Assembly (NCBI GenBank): GCA_046540055.1
Contig: JBKHFT010000001.1
Coordinates: 12,276-76,275, forward strand
Direction: 5' to 3'
From: Alkalispirochaeta sp.
GTDB taxonomy: Bacteria > Spirochaetota > Spirochaetia > DSM-27196 > Alkalispirochaetaceae
Length of the DNA: 64,000 nucleotides
The position numbers were made by a program, and so were the translations under genes. Below, one piece after another: positions 37,159 to 46,793 of the stretch; position 1 is the first letter of the stretch, and each line of letters begins with the position of its first letter. The notes under the pieces are model-generated. The model searched no databases, was not told where the DNA came from, and saw only the letters and a list, made by a program, of their open reading frames with translations.

Positions 37159-37184
37159 CGAACCCAGACGACACGGAGGATACG

Positions 37185-38597
37185 ATGTCCCAAATGAGTT
37201 CTGATCCGGCGAATCAAATATTCGATCTGTTGCAGCGCGCGCGACGGGCCCAGAAGATCGCTGAGGGCTTCACTCAGGCGAAGGTGGATGAACTTGCCGC
37301 AGCGGTCACCTGGGAGATCGCCGCCAACGATGAGCTGGTACGGGAGCTGGCGGAGTACTCCTTCGACGAGTGCCGTCTCGGTGACGTTCCCTCGAAGATC
37401 GCGAAAGTCGCGGTGAAGTGCCGCGGAGTATTCTTCGACGTCAAGCACGAAAAAACGGTGGGAATCATCGAAGAGCTCCCGGAGCGCGGCCTCGTCCGGA
37501 TCGCCAAGCCGGTGGGCGTGATCGGATCCCTCGTGCCGAGCACCCAGGCGGAGATGCATCCCCTGATCCAGGCGATTTTCGCAGTCAAGGCGCGGGATGC
37601 GATCATCTTCGCTCCCCATCCGCGGGGCAAAGGTACCACCAAAAAGACGGTTGACCTGATCCGGGGGGTGATGAAGAAATACGACGCACCGGAGGATCTG
37701 TTCCTCACGATAGAAGAGCCCTCGATTCCGCTGACAGACGAGCTGATGAAACAGTGTGACCTGGTGATCGCGACCGGAGGCGCCCCGATGGTCCACGCCG
37801 CGTACAGTTCGGGTACGCCGGCGTACGGGGTCGGCGCGGGAAACGCGATCATCGTCGTCGACGTCGATGCGGATCTCGCCGACGCCGCGAAGAAGATCAA
37901 GGCGAGCAAGACCTTCGACCTTGCCGCGGGGTGCTCCTGCGACAACAGCGTCGTGATCGACGAGTCGGTGTACCCCGCGATGCTCGAGGAGTTCCGGAAG
38001 GTCGGTGCCCATCTGCTGGACGCCGAGGAGAAAGCGAAACTGCAACAAGCGATCTGGCCGGAGTGGCCGGCGAACCACGTGATCAACCGCGATATCGTGG
38101 CTTCACCGGTTGAGAACATCGCCCGCATCGCCGGAATCACCGTTCCCGAGGGGACCGCGTTACTTCTCGTCGAAGAGAGCGAGACGGGAGCGGTAACCCC
38201 CTTCGCGGGAGAGAAGATGAGCCTCGTCACCGCAGTGTACAAAAGCACCGGGATCGACGACGCGATCCGTATCATCAACGAGAACCACGCGTACATGGGG
38301 GCGGGCCACTCCTGCGGCATCTTCTCGAACACCCCTGACCATGTAGAGAAGGTCGCCCTCGAGACGTACACCACCCGGCTGGTAGTCAATCAGCCGCAGG
38401 CGGCTACCAACACGGGGAACTGGGTCAGCGGGATGCCCTTTACCAGCTCCCTCGGATGCGGTACCTGGGGAGGCAACATCGTCTCCGAGAATATCGCCCT
38501 GAAGCACTACATGAACAACACCTGGGTGATCCGTCGGATTCCCAACCGGGAGCCTACCGACGAAGAGCTCTTTTCCGGCTTTATCCCCCGGGCCTGA
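37185..38597 (+). CDS. CoA-acylating aldehyde dehydrogenase (SauS/SqwD/EutE-like)
   Basis: KPVGVIG..PST, ATGG..MV.AAYSSG.PA.GVG.GN, SKTFD..GC, EKMS, GHSCGI, LGCGTWG. Confidence 0.88.
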   Translation: MSQMSSDPANQIFDLLQRARRAQKIAEGFTQAKVDELAAAVTWEIAANDELVRELAEYSFDECRLGDVPSKIAKVAVKCRGVFFDVKHEKTVGIIEELPERGLVRIAKPVGVIGSLVPSTQAEMHPLIQAIFAVKARDAIIFAPHPRGKGTTKKTVDLIRGVMKKYDAPEDLFLTIEEPSIPLTDELMKQCDLVIATGGAPMVHAAYSSGTPAYGVGAGNAIIVVDVDADLADAAKKIKASKTFDLAAGCSCDNSVVIDESVYPAMLEEFRKVGAHLLDAEEKAKLQQAIWPEWPANHVINRDIVASPVENIARIAGITVPEGTALLLVEESETGAVTPFAGEKMSLVTAVYKSTGIDDAIRIINENHAYMGAGHSCGIFSNTPDHVEKVALETYTTRLVVNQPQAATNTGNWVSGMPFTSSLGCGTWGGNIVSENIALKHYMNNTWVIRRIPNREPTDEELFSGFIPRA

Positions 38598-38618
38598 CCG
38601 ACCGGCGGATCAACGGGT

Positions 38619-40085
38619 ATGAAGCAGATACCGACGATCGCCGCGACCGACGCGGCGGAGACGATCAGAACGGGAAGCACCGTGGCGATGAGCGGGTACG
38701 CGATGGCGGGTTACCCGAAGGCGATCGTTCATGCCCTGGTGGAACGGAAGGAGCGGGAGCCGGCGTTCGCGTTCTCCCTCGTGACCGGGGCCAACGTGCC
38801 CTGGCTGGACCGGATCCTCGGCGCCGCCGATATGATCAAACGGCGCACCCCGATGATCGCCGACCGCGCCCTCGCCTCCCGCGCCAACAACGGAACGCTC
38901 AGGTACGTGGAACAGCAGATGTCCCGAATGCCCGGGCTTCTTCGCCGCGGGGCCTTCGGGCCGATCGAGGTGGCGATCGTCGAGGCCCTCGGGTTCGACA
39001 ACGACGGCGCCCTGATCCCGACGAGCTCGGTGGGGATGACCCACCACCTGATGAACGCCGCGGAACGGATCATCGTCGAGATCAACCGGGCACAACCGGA
39101 GGAGTTGCGGGGACTCCACGATGTGTACCTCCCCCTTCCCCCGCCGAAGACCCAGCCGATCCCGTTGACCCGGGTGAACCAGCGTATCGGCGCGACGGCG
39201 ATCCCGGTTGATTCGTCAAAGATCGTTGCCGTCGTCGAGACGGAGATCTCCGAGCGCCTCGATCGGGAACCCCGTGGCAACGACCTCACCGGTCGGATCG
39301 CGGCGCACCTCTTCGATTTTCTGGAGGTCGAGTACCGGGGATGGAACGGCACGCTCCCGCCGATCCAGACCGGGTTCGGCAGTATCGCAAACTCCGTCGT
39401 CGACGCGTTTCGCGACGGTCCCTTCCGGGAGCTCCAGTTCTTCTGCGGCGGCGTCACCGAACCGGTGATGGAACTCCTCGCGGCGGGGAAAGCGACGGCC
39501 CTCTCGATGGGGGGACTCGGGATGAGCGAGCGGATCGAAGAGATCCTCCGGGGAACGCCGGATATCGCCGATCGCCTCGTGATCCGGAACGGCGATATCA
39601 CCAACGGCGCGGAGGTGATCGGTCGCCTCGGGTTGATCGCCCTGAACACGGGGATCGAAATCGATATCTACGGTAACGTGAACTCCAGCCATATCGCCGG
39701 AAGCCGTGTGGTCAACGGGATCGGCGGCGGTGCCGGGTTCGCGCAAAACGCGGGACTCTCGGTGATCCTCATCCCCTCCTCGGCAAAGGAAGGGGCGATC
39801 TCGAACATCGTACCGATCGTGTCCCACAACGATATCGGGGAACACGACGTGGATATTGTGGTTACCGAGCACGGCATCGCCGACCTCCGGGGACTCGATG
39901 AGATCGAGCGGGCGGAGGCGATCATCAGGAACTGTTCGGCGGGTGTCTATCGGGACCAGCTCGACGCGTACCTGTCGGCGGCGCGGACGCGGTGCGGCGG
40001 GCACCATCCGCAGCTCCCCGATGAGGGATTCAGATGGTACCGCCGACTGAGCGAGGAGGGAACGATGGAGGAAAAAAACGGATGA
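38619..40085 (+). CDS. Acetyl-CoA hydrolase/succinate-type CoA-transferase
   Basis: GYPKAI, QTGFGSIAN, EIDIYGNVNSSH, NGIGG, VVTEHG.ADLRG. Confidence 0.88.
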   Translation: MKQIPTIAATDAAETIRTGSTVAMSGYAMAGYPKAIVHALVERKEREPAFAFSLVTGANVPWLDRILGAADMIKRRTPMIADRALASRANNGTLRYVEQQMSRMPGLLRRGAFGPIEVAIVEALGFDNDGALIPTSSVGMTHHLMNAAERIIVEINRAQPEELRGLHDVYLPLPPPKTQPIPLTRVNQRIGATAIPVDSSKIVAVVETEISERLDREPRGNDLTGRIAAHLFDFLEVEYRGWNGTLPPIQTGFGSIANSVVDAFRDGPFRELQFFCGGVTEPVMELLAAGKATALSMGGLGMSERIEEILRGTPDIADRLVIRNGDITNGAEVIGRLGLIALNTGIEIDIYGNVNSSHIAGSRVVNGIGGGAGFAQNAGLSVILIPSSAKEGAISNIVPIVSHNDIGEHDVDIVVTEHGIADLRGLDEIERAEAIIRNCSAGVYRDQLDAYLSAARTRCGGHHPQLPDEGFRWYRRLSEEGTMEEKNG

Positions 40086-40969
40086 ACCGGATCGAACTAT
40101 ACGAGGTGGGACCCCGGGACGGATTTCAGAACGTCCGGGAGTACATCCCCCTCGAGACGAAGCTGGAGATCATCGACGGACTGATCGCAACGGGGATCCG
40201 GCACCTGCAGATCACTTCCTTCGTCAGTCCCAAGGCGGTGCCGCAGATGAAGGATGCCCGGGAGGTAACGGAACGGTGCGTCGCAGCGTACCCCGACATC
40301 GATATGTTCGCCCTCGTTCCGAACCTCAGGGGAGCGGAGGCGGCCTGGGATTCGGGGCTGAAACGGGTCACCTACGTGGTCTCCCTCAGCGAGAGTCACA
40401 ACAGGGCGAACATCCGCCGGACCCATGAGGAGTCGTTCGCCGAACTCGACCGGATTCGCTCCGCCCTTCCCGACCTCGAGGTTGCGATGGATCTTTCCAC
40501 CGCCTTCGGGTGCCCCTTTGAGGGCGCGAAGACCGCCGACGATGTCGTCCCTTTTCTGCAGCCCTACATCGACGGCGGGATCCGGTCGGTAACGCTCTGT
40601 GACACGATCGGGATCGCCAACCCCGCAAGGGTGCGGAATACGGTCCGCGCGGTCCGTTCCGCCTTTCCCGAGCTCGATCTGCAGATCCACATCCACGACA
40701 CCCGGAACATGGGCATGGTGAACACCCTCGTAGCGATCGAGGAAGGGGTACAGAAGGTGCAGGCGACCCTCGGGGGGCTCGGGGGATGCCCCTTCGCACC
40801 GGGGGCCTCGGGGAATCTCGCGACGGAGGACGTAGCGTTCATGCTCACCGAGATGGGGTACGACCTCGGAATCGACGTGCCGCAGCTGGTGGAGCTCGCC
40901 CGACGACAGGCCGGGGCGATCCCCACGGGGCAGTTCAGCGGGCACCTCTACACGATACGCGAAACATGA
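40082..40969 (+). CDS. HMG-CoA lyase-family (DRE-TIM) lyase
   Basis: EVGPRDGFQN, SFVSPKAVPQM, HIHDTR, GGCPFAPGASGNLATED; ATGA overlap. Confidence 0.9.
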   Translation: MNRIELYEVGPRDGFQNVREYIPLETKLEIIDGLIATGIRHLQITSFVSPKAVPQMKDAREVTERCVAAYPDIDMFALVPNLRGAEAAWDSGLKRVTYVVSLSESHNRANIRRTHEESFAELDRIRSALPDLEVAMDLSTAFGCPFEGAKTADDVVPFLQPYIDGGIRSVTLCDTIGIANPARVRNTVRAVRSAFPELDLQIHIHDTRNMGMVNTLVAIEEGVQKVQATLGGLGGCPFAPGASGNLATEDVAFMLTEMGYDLGIDVPQLVELARRQAGAIPTGQFSGHLYTIRET

Positions 40970-41034
40970 CAGGAAGACGGGAGCGCGAGAACCCCGGCAA
41001 TCGATATCACATGAACAGAACGGAGGAATACGGA

Positions 41035-41934
41035 ATGGCGGACCCACAGACAGTTGAACGGATAGAGCAGATACAGCGGATAGAGCGGATCGCGCACAGG
41101 ATGCGTCGGAACGTCGTCGAGATGGGCTTTGTCGCAGGGGACCGGGGCGCCCATTTCGGGCCCGCCCTTTCGAGTATCGAGATCGTGGCGAGTCTCTTTT
41201 TCGGGATCATGAAACACGATCCGAAAAACCCCGCGTGGCCGGAGCGGGATCGCTTCGTCCAGAGCAAAGGGCATGCATGCCTCTCCTACTACGGCGCTCT
41301 CGGCGAGGCGGGGTATATCTCGGCCGAAGAGATGAAAACGTTCAAGCAGGACGAGAGCTTTCTCGCGGGGCACCCGAGCCGGCACCTCAGCCACGGGATC
41401 GAGATCTCCTCGGGTTCCCTGGGCCACGGTTTTGCTCTCGCCTGCGGGATGGCGAAAGCGGCAAAAGTCAAGAAGGAGACGCACCGCGTCTACTGCCTCG
41501 TCGGGGACGGTGAATGCAACGAAGGACTCGTCTGGGAGGCGGCGATGAACGCCGCAAAGAACGGGCTCGATAATGTCGTCACCGTCGTCGACCGCAACGG
41601 GGTGCAGCTCGCGGGAAAGACGAAAGAGATCATGGATATCGATATCGAAGCGCTCTGGCGCGCCGCGGGCTGGGAAGTACTGGCACTCCCCGAGGGGAAC
41701 GACGTCGCGCAGGTCCTCTCCGCGATCGAATCGATGCGGGACTCGACCTCCGGGAAACCGCACGTGATCATCGCAGAGACGGTGAAAGGAAAGGGTATCT
41801 CCTTCATGGAGGACAGCCTGGACTGGCACGCCCGACCGATGAACCGCGAACAGTACGAGCAGGCGAAAATGGACCTGGCGATGAACGAACCCGGCGCGCG
41901 CGATCAGGGTTCAACCGAACAGGCAAAGGCGTAG
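41035..41934 (+). CDS. Transketolase, N-terminal subunit (pair 2)
   Basis: AHFGPALS, SKGH, GSLGHG, GDGECNEG, TVKGKG. Confidence 0.9.
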   Translation: MADPQTVERIEQIQRIERIAHRMRRNVVEMGFVAGDRGAHFGPALSSIEIVASLFFGIMKHDPKNPAWPERDRFVQSKGHACLSYYGALGEAGYISAEEMKTFKQDESFLAGHPSRHLSHGIEISSGSLGHGFALACGMAKAAKVKKETHRVYCLVGDGECNEGLVWEAAMNAAKNGLDNVVTVVDRNGVQLAGKTKEIMDIDIEALWRAAGWEVLALPEGNDVAQVLSAIESMRDSTSGKPHVIIAETVKGKGISFMEDSLDWHARPMNREQYEQAKMDLAMNEPGARDQGSTEQAKA

Positions 41935-41948
41935 GGGAGAGACACCGG

Positions 41949-42914
41949 ATGAACACGATACCTAACGAAAAACTGCAGGAGTGGTCCGAGAAGGGACACC
42001 GTACCGCGATGGGAGAAACCCTGGAGATGCTCGCGGAAGAGCATCCCGAGATCGTCACGGTGACGGCGGACCTCACCCCGACCGCCCGCCTCACGGGCTT
42101 CAAGAAGCGATTTCCCGATCGATTCTTCGACGTCGGAATCGCTGAACAGAATCTGATCGACTTTACCGCAGGCCTCGCGATCGAGGGGCTCCGTCCCTTT
42201 GCCGTGGCGATCGCGGCGATCGTTCCGATGCGGGCGGCGGAGCAGATGCGGGATACCCTGGGGTACATGAACCTCCCCGCCACCGTCGTGTCGATCGAGG
42301 CCGGCGTGCGTTTCGGCCCCCTCGGAAACACCCATTACGCGATGGACGATATGGCGGTGGCCCGGGCGATCCCGAACTTCACCGTCATCGCCCCTGCGGA
42401 TCCGCTGAGCGTCCACAAGGCGCTCTGTGCGGCGGCGGACCACGACGGCCCCGTGTACATTCGCCTCACCGGTGGGCCCGGCTTTCCGGTGCTTTACGAC
42501 GGTGATCTCGATTTCAGAATCGGGAAGGCGATCGAGTATCGCCCCGGTAGGGATGTGGCGTTCATCACCAGCGGCTCCCTCCTCGCCGAAGCGATCGGTG
42601 CGGCGGAACTCCTCGAGAAGAAAGGAATCTCTGCGCGGGTGATCGATATGCACACGGTAAAACCCCTGGACACGGAGATCCTCGATTCGGTGTTCGCCGA
42701 GAACCGGCTGATCCTAACGGTAGAAGAGCACTCCCCGATCGGGGGCCTCGGCGGCGCGGTGGCGGAGTACAAGGCGGGATGCACCAACACCCCGCGGCAG
42801 GTGATGGCGAGTCTCGGGGATTCGTTCCAGGTCCTCGGTGACCACGCGTACCTGATCAAAAAGAACGGGCTGACCGCCCCGGACCTGGCGGCGACGGCGG
42901 AACGGAATCTGTAG
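41949..42914 (+). CDS. Transketolase, C-terminal subunit (pair 2)
   Basis: TADL, GIAEQN, RAAEQ, GNTH, VKP, EEH..GGLG. Confidence 0.9.
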   Translation: MNTIPNEKLQEWSEKGHRTAMGETLEMLAEEHPEIVTVTADLTPTARLTGFKKRFPDRFFDVGIAEQNLIDFTAGLAIEGLRPFAVAIAAIVPMRAAEQMRDTLGYMNLPATVVSIEAGVRFGPLGNTHYAMDDMAVARAIPNFTVIAPADPLSVHKALCAAADHDGPVYIRLTGGPGFPVLYDGDLDFRIGKAIEYRPGRDVAFITSGSLLAEAIGAAELLEKKGISARVIDMHTVKPLDTEILDSVFAENRLILTVEEHSPIGGLGGAVAEYKAGCTNTPRQVMASLGDSFQVLGDHAYLIKKNGLTAPDLAATAERNL

Positions 42915-43002
42915 CGGCCACATCGGGTGAGCCGGCGGGGCCGGTCGGTCGGACGAGAGTCGAACCGGACGGCTCACCGGCGGGACGACGGCCGACCCCC
43001 GG

Positions 43003-44037
43003 TCACCGCGCGGGATCGGTACTGTCCCGGACGATCAGTCGCGGCTGGATCGCGATCACCCGGGGGGTACGCTCCGCCTCGGCTCCCGCCGTTCTTGCCT
43101 CGATCAGTTCGAGGAGGAGCTCACTCGCCAGGAGGGCGATCTCTTCCCGGGACTGGTGGACGCTGGTAAGCCCCGGGATGGTGATCCCCGCGAGGGGGGT
43201 GTCGTCGTACCCCGCCACGGCGATATCCCCGGGCACCCGGAACCCGGCTGCCTGGAGCGCCTGCATCGCGCCGAATGCCATCAGATCGTTTACCGCAAAT
43301 ACCGCATCGACCCGGCGGAAGCGATCGATCTCTTCCCGGACGATGCGAGACGCCGTCTCGCTCTGGAAATCACCGGCCAGAATGAAATCGGGATCAACGG
43401 TGCCGCCCCGGGCGGTAAACGTCTCCACAAACCCGGCGATCCGCTGCTGCGACTGCGTTTCCTCTCCGCCGGTTATACACGCGACGGAGGTAAATCCCTG
43501 GTCGAGGAAGTGCTCCGCCACCAGTTTTCCCCCAGTCCAGCTGTCTGAGTAGATCACGTCGTACCCCGGGGAAGCGTCGGCGGGGGGGTACTGGGTCATC
43601 ACGAAGGGCACGTCCCGCTGCTCCAGAAATCGCGTTGTCTCGGTATCGATCCCGGACTGGACGATGACCAGCCCGTCCACCTTCTTCCGGGTCACCAGTT
43701 TTTCGACGTTCCGGAGCCCGGTGAAGCGGTTCTTGAGGAACGCGACGATCACGTCCTTGTCGGCGCGCTCGAGACTCTTGCGGAAATCGTTGTGCAGCGC
43801 GGCGTGGTAGAGGAGCACGTCGAACCGATCGTAGTTCTCCGGAAGGATCACGCCGATCGTTCCGGTGGTGCTCGTCACCAGCCCCCGGGCGCTCGCGTTG
43901 AACTCGAATCCGTGCTCCTCGGCGATCTGCTTGATCCGCCGCTTCGTCTCCTCCGCAACAAGATCGCTGTCGTTGAGGCTTCGTGAGACCGTTGATACGC
44001 TTGTCCGGGCGAGTTCGGCGATGTCCTTGAGTGTCAC
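43003..44037 (-). CDS. LacI-family regulator
   Basis: TLKDIA..SVSTVSRSLN, NASARGL, NDLMA, GYDD. Confidence 0.93.
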   Translation of the reverse strand: MTLKDIAELARTSVSTVSRSLNDSDLVAEETKRRIKQIAEEHGFEFNASARGLVTSTTGTIGVILPENYDRFDVLLYHAALHNDFRKSLERADKDVIVAFLKNRFTGLRNVEKLVTRKKVDGLVIVQSGIDTETTRFLEQRDVPFVMTQYPPADASPGYDVIYSDSWTGGKLVAEHFLDQGFTSVACITGGEETQSQQRIAGFVETFTARGGTVDPDFILAGDFQSETASRIVREEIDRFRRVDAVFAVNDLMAFGAMQALQAAGFRVPGDIAVAGYDDTPLAGITIPGLTSVHQSREEIALLASELLLELIEARTAGAEAERTPRVIAIQPRLIVRDSTDPAR

Positions 44038-44053
44038 GTTCCGACCCTGGGCG

Positions 44054-45067
44054 TCACAGTTCGACTACCCGTTTCTCCCTGAACGACCGGGTCAGGGCGA
44101 AGCCGACCTCCGTCGCTTTGGTGCCATCCTTCGCGAGAATCGACGGCTTTTCGCCGTTGATGATACCCCTTATGAAACTCTGCGCCTCGAGGAGAAACCC
44201 CTCCTGAAACCGTTCATAGAAATCCTGGACGCACTCGACCCGGGCACCCTTGTCGTCGAAGATCTCGACGCGGTTCTTCGCAGGGGTCATCCCGATCTTG
44301 AGGATTCCCTTCGATCCGGTGATCTCGGTGTGGGTGTCGTGACCGTGGAAGGCGGTACGACTCGCGGAGATCACCGCCATCGTTCCGTTCTCGAACCGGC
44401 AGAGTGCAACGGTGTTGTCCGCGTCGTTCACCTCGGCAAATCCGGGGTGGACGTAGCTGCCGCCGATCGCGTAGACGCTCGTGATCTCGGAACCGAGGAA
44501 CCAGCGCGCCAGATCGATATCGTGGGAGTTCATGTCCATGAAGATCCCCCCCGAGGTGGGGACAAAGGAGATCTGAAACTCGGCGAACTCGTCGGTATCG
44601 ACCGTTTGCGCCCGGACCAGGAACGGTTCGCCGATCGCGCCCTCTTCGATCTTCTGTTTGGCGTAGGCAAGGCTGGGATCGAAGCGGCGGACGAACCCGA
44701 GCTGGAAGTGGAGCTCCGGCGCCGCCGCGACCGCTTTCTCGACGTCGTGGCACTCTTCGATCGTAACACCCATCGGCTTCTCGGAAAAGACGTGCTTCCC
44801 GGCGGCGAGGCCCCCTTTGATCTGCGCGGCGTGGACACTCGAGGTGGAGACGAGAAAGACCGCGTCGATCTCGTCCGAAGCGATCATCTCCTCGTAGGAC
44901 TCGTAGGTCTGTTCCACTCCCAGTTCCTCCCGCGCCCAGGCGAGCTCATCGGGGACAACGCTGCAGGCGGCGACGAGGCGCGCACCGGGCACCCGGTATC
45001 TCAGATTCCGGGCGTGACGCTTGCCGAGTCGGCCAAGACCGACAATTCCGATTCTGACTTCATTCAT
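44054..45067 (-). CDS. iolG: Inositol 2-dehydrogenase (Gfo/Idh/MocA)
   Basis: GLGRLG, EKP, GFVRRFDP, DMNSHDID; inside the iol operon. Confidence 0.8.
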   Translation of the reverse strand: MNEVRIGIVGLGRLGKRHARNLRYRVPGARLVAACSVVPDELAWAREELGVEQTYESYEEMIASDEIDAVFLVSTSSVHAAQIKGGLAAGKHVFSEKPMGVTIEECHDVEKAVAAAPELHFQLGFVRRFDPSLAYAKQKIEEGAIGEPFLVRAQTVDTDEFAEFQISFVPTSGGIFMDMNSHDIDLARWFLGSEITSVYAIGGSYVHPGFAEVNDADNTVALCRFENGTMAVISASRTAFHGHDTHTEITGSKGILKIGMTPAKNRVEIFDDKGARVECVQDFYERFQEGFLLEAQSFIRGIINGEKPSILAKDGTKATEVGFALTRSFREKRVVEL

Positions 45068-45932
45068 GTGACGGACTCCTTCCGTTGGTACCAGTTTCCG
45101 CGTCCGCCGCAAGGAGAGTGATCATCTCCCGGGCAGCGCGTTTCAACGCCTCAAGGGGCGCCTGTGTCAGGGTCAAATAGTCGAACTCCTGCGGTCGTGC
45201 GGCGAGCTCCTCCCGGAGGGTCTCCCCCCAGGCGCGCCGCAGGATCGTACCGATATTGAACTTCGCCACCGGTCCCCGGGCCATCGCGATAAGATCCTCG
45301 TCGGGGACGCCGGAGCTTCCGTGGATCACCAGGGGGACGGAGGTCTCTGCGGCGATCCGGCGCAGGAGGTCGTGGTCGACGGCGGCGCGCTTTTCCGTCA
45401 GCTTGTGAACGGTCCCCACCGAGACCGCCACAGCGTCAACCCCGGTTTCAGCACAGAACCGCGCCGCCGTCTCCGGCTCCGTGAGCTCGTGCCTGATCGT
45501 GTTCGCCGACTCGTTGTACGCAACCGAGCCGATCTCACCCTCAACGGAGACGCCGCAGGCGTGGGCTACCTCGACGATGCGCCGCGTCTGCACCACGTTC
45601 TCCTCGAAGGGCAACTGGGAGCCGTCGAACATTACCGAGGTGTACCCCCCCCGGATCGCGCGGTAGACCGTCTCGGCGGTGTAGGTGTGATCGAGGTGTA
45701 CCACCACCGGCACCCTCACCGACGCCGCTACCGCCCTGAGAGCGGGGCCGAAGATCTCCACCGGGATGCGGCGGATCACATCTTTGTTGGTCATGAGGAC
45801 CACCGGCCGCCCGAGGGACTCGGCGACATCCGCCACGCACACCGCTTCTTCGAGGCTGAAGACGTTGAACGCGGCTACCGCAGAACGCTCGGCGTTCGCC
45901 GCAGGCAGAATTTCCGAGAGGGTCGATTCCAC
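45060..45932 (-). CDS. iolJ: Class II aldolase (IolJ-like)
   Basis: HLDH, SVMFDGS, VEGEIG, GTVH, IHGSSG, KFNIGT; iol context. Confidence 0.75.
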   Translation of the reverse strand: MESTLSEILPAANAERSAVAAFNVFSLEEAVCVADVAESLGRPVVLMTNKDVIRRIPVEIFGPALRAVAASVRVPVVVHLDHTYTAETVYRAIRGGYTSVMFDGSQLPFEENVVQTRRIVEVAHACGVSVEGEIGSVAYNESANTIRHELTEPETAARFCAETGVDAVAVSVGTVHKLTEKRAAVDHDLLRRIAAETSVPLVIHGSSGVPDEDLIAMARGPVAKFNIGTILRRAWGETLREELAARPQEFDYLTLTQAPLEALKRAAREMITLLAADAETGTNGRSPSHE

Positions 45933-45938
45933 GGTGTC

Positions 45939-46793
45939 CTACCTGAACTTGGCGATCATGTCTTTCAGGCCCGGGATCGTGTGGACCTGGTACTCGTGGT
46001 CGGGGTGGAAGTACTGCTTGAGGGAGCGCTGGTTCCGTCCGACGAGGATCGTGAAGTAGTACATCTCGTACCCGGGGGCCGCCACGGAGGGGTGGTAGCT
46101 CTTGTCGAGGAGGATCGTGCTCCCGTTCTTGACGTGGTAGACGGGGCCGAAGTCGTCGTCCCCGACGTAGGCGAACTGGGCACCGAAACCGTGGTCGGGG
46201 TTGAAACGGTAGTGGAACACCTCTTCGTGATCGCTCTCGATCCCGGGGCGCTCGATGTGGTGCTTGTGCGGGGGAAATCCGGACCATCCCCCGGCGCCGA
46301 CGGTGAAGAGCTCGCTGACGAGGATATTCCCCGTCTTTCCCGCGACGTTCTGGCCGAGAACGTGGTAGATCCGGCGGTGCGTCTTCGTGTCGTCGCTGCC
46401 GTACTGGACGGTGTCCACGTCGTCCGGGGAGACGCGAAACGGTTTCTTCTGCTCGTTGTCCGCGGTGGTGCGCCCTCCGGCGATGAAGAGCTCGGCACGG
46501 TCACTGGTCGCGGTGATCTCTACCGCCGCACCTCGGGGGGCGTAGACCGAGTCCGGTTTTCCCGCCCAGAGGTGTTCCCGGGTCCCGACGTCCTCGAAGG
46601 TCGTTCCGGCGACGGTGATCGTCACCGTTCCCGAGGCAACGACGCAGACCGACTCGTGCTCGGCGAGGCGGTAGGTGTTTGTCTCACCGGCGGCGAGTCT
46701 GACGTCGTTGAAGTAGACGAGGGGGGTCCAGTTGTTGTCGACATCGACGATCGGCTCATTGTTGTTGTCATGGGGTCGTACGTGACAGGGCAT
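45939..46793 (-). CDS. iolB: 5-deoxy-glucuronate isomerase, copy 1
   Basis: GGWSGFPPHKH, EEVFHYRF, YHPSVAAPGYEMYY. Confidence 0.88.
   Translation of the reverse strand: MPCHVRPHDNNNEPIVDVDNNWTPLVYFNDVRLAAGETNTYRLAEHESVCVVASGTVTITVAGTTFEDVGTREHLWAGKPDSVYAPRGAAVEITATSDRAELFIAGGRTTADNEQKKPFRVSPDDVDTVQYGSDDTKTHRRIYHVLGQNVAGKTGNILVSELFTVGAGGWSGFPPHKHHIERPGIESDHEEVFHYRFNPDHGFGAQFAYVGDDDFGPVYHVKNGSTILLDKSYHPSVAAPGYEMYYFTILVGRNQRSLKQYFHPDHEYQVHTIPGLKDMIAKFR

Noticed and set aside
41057-41090. Short repeat encoding RIEQIQRIERI and other low-complexity insertions (FabH-like, IolC N-terminus)
   Set aside because: Small in-frame slippage-type expansions in termini or loops with no evidence of function.
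37185-42914. Sulfoquinovose sulfo-TK pathway
   Set aside because: No sulfoquinovosidase, SQ isomerase or sulfonate exporter in the window; the context is inositol. Used only as an analogy.
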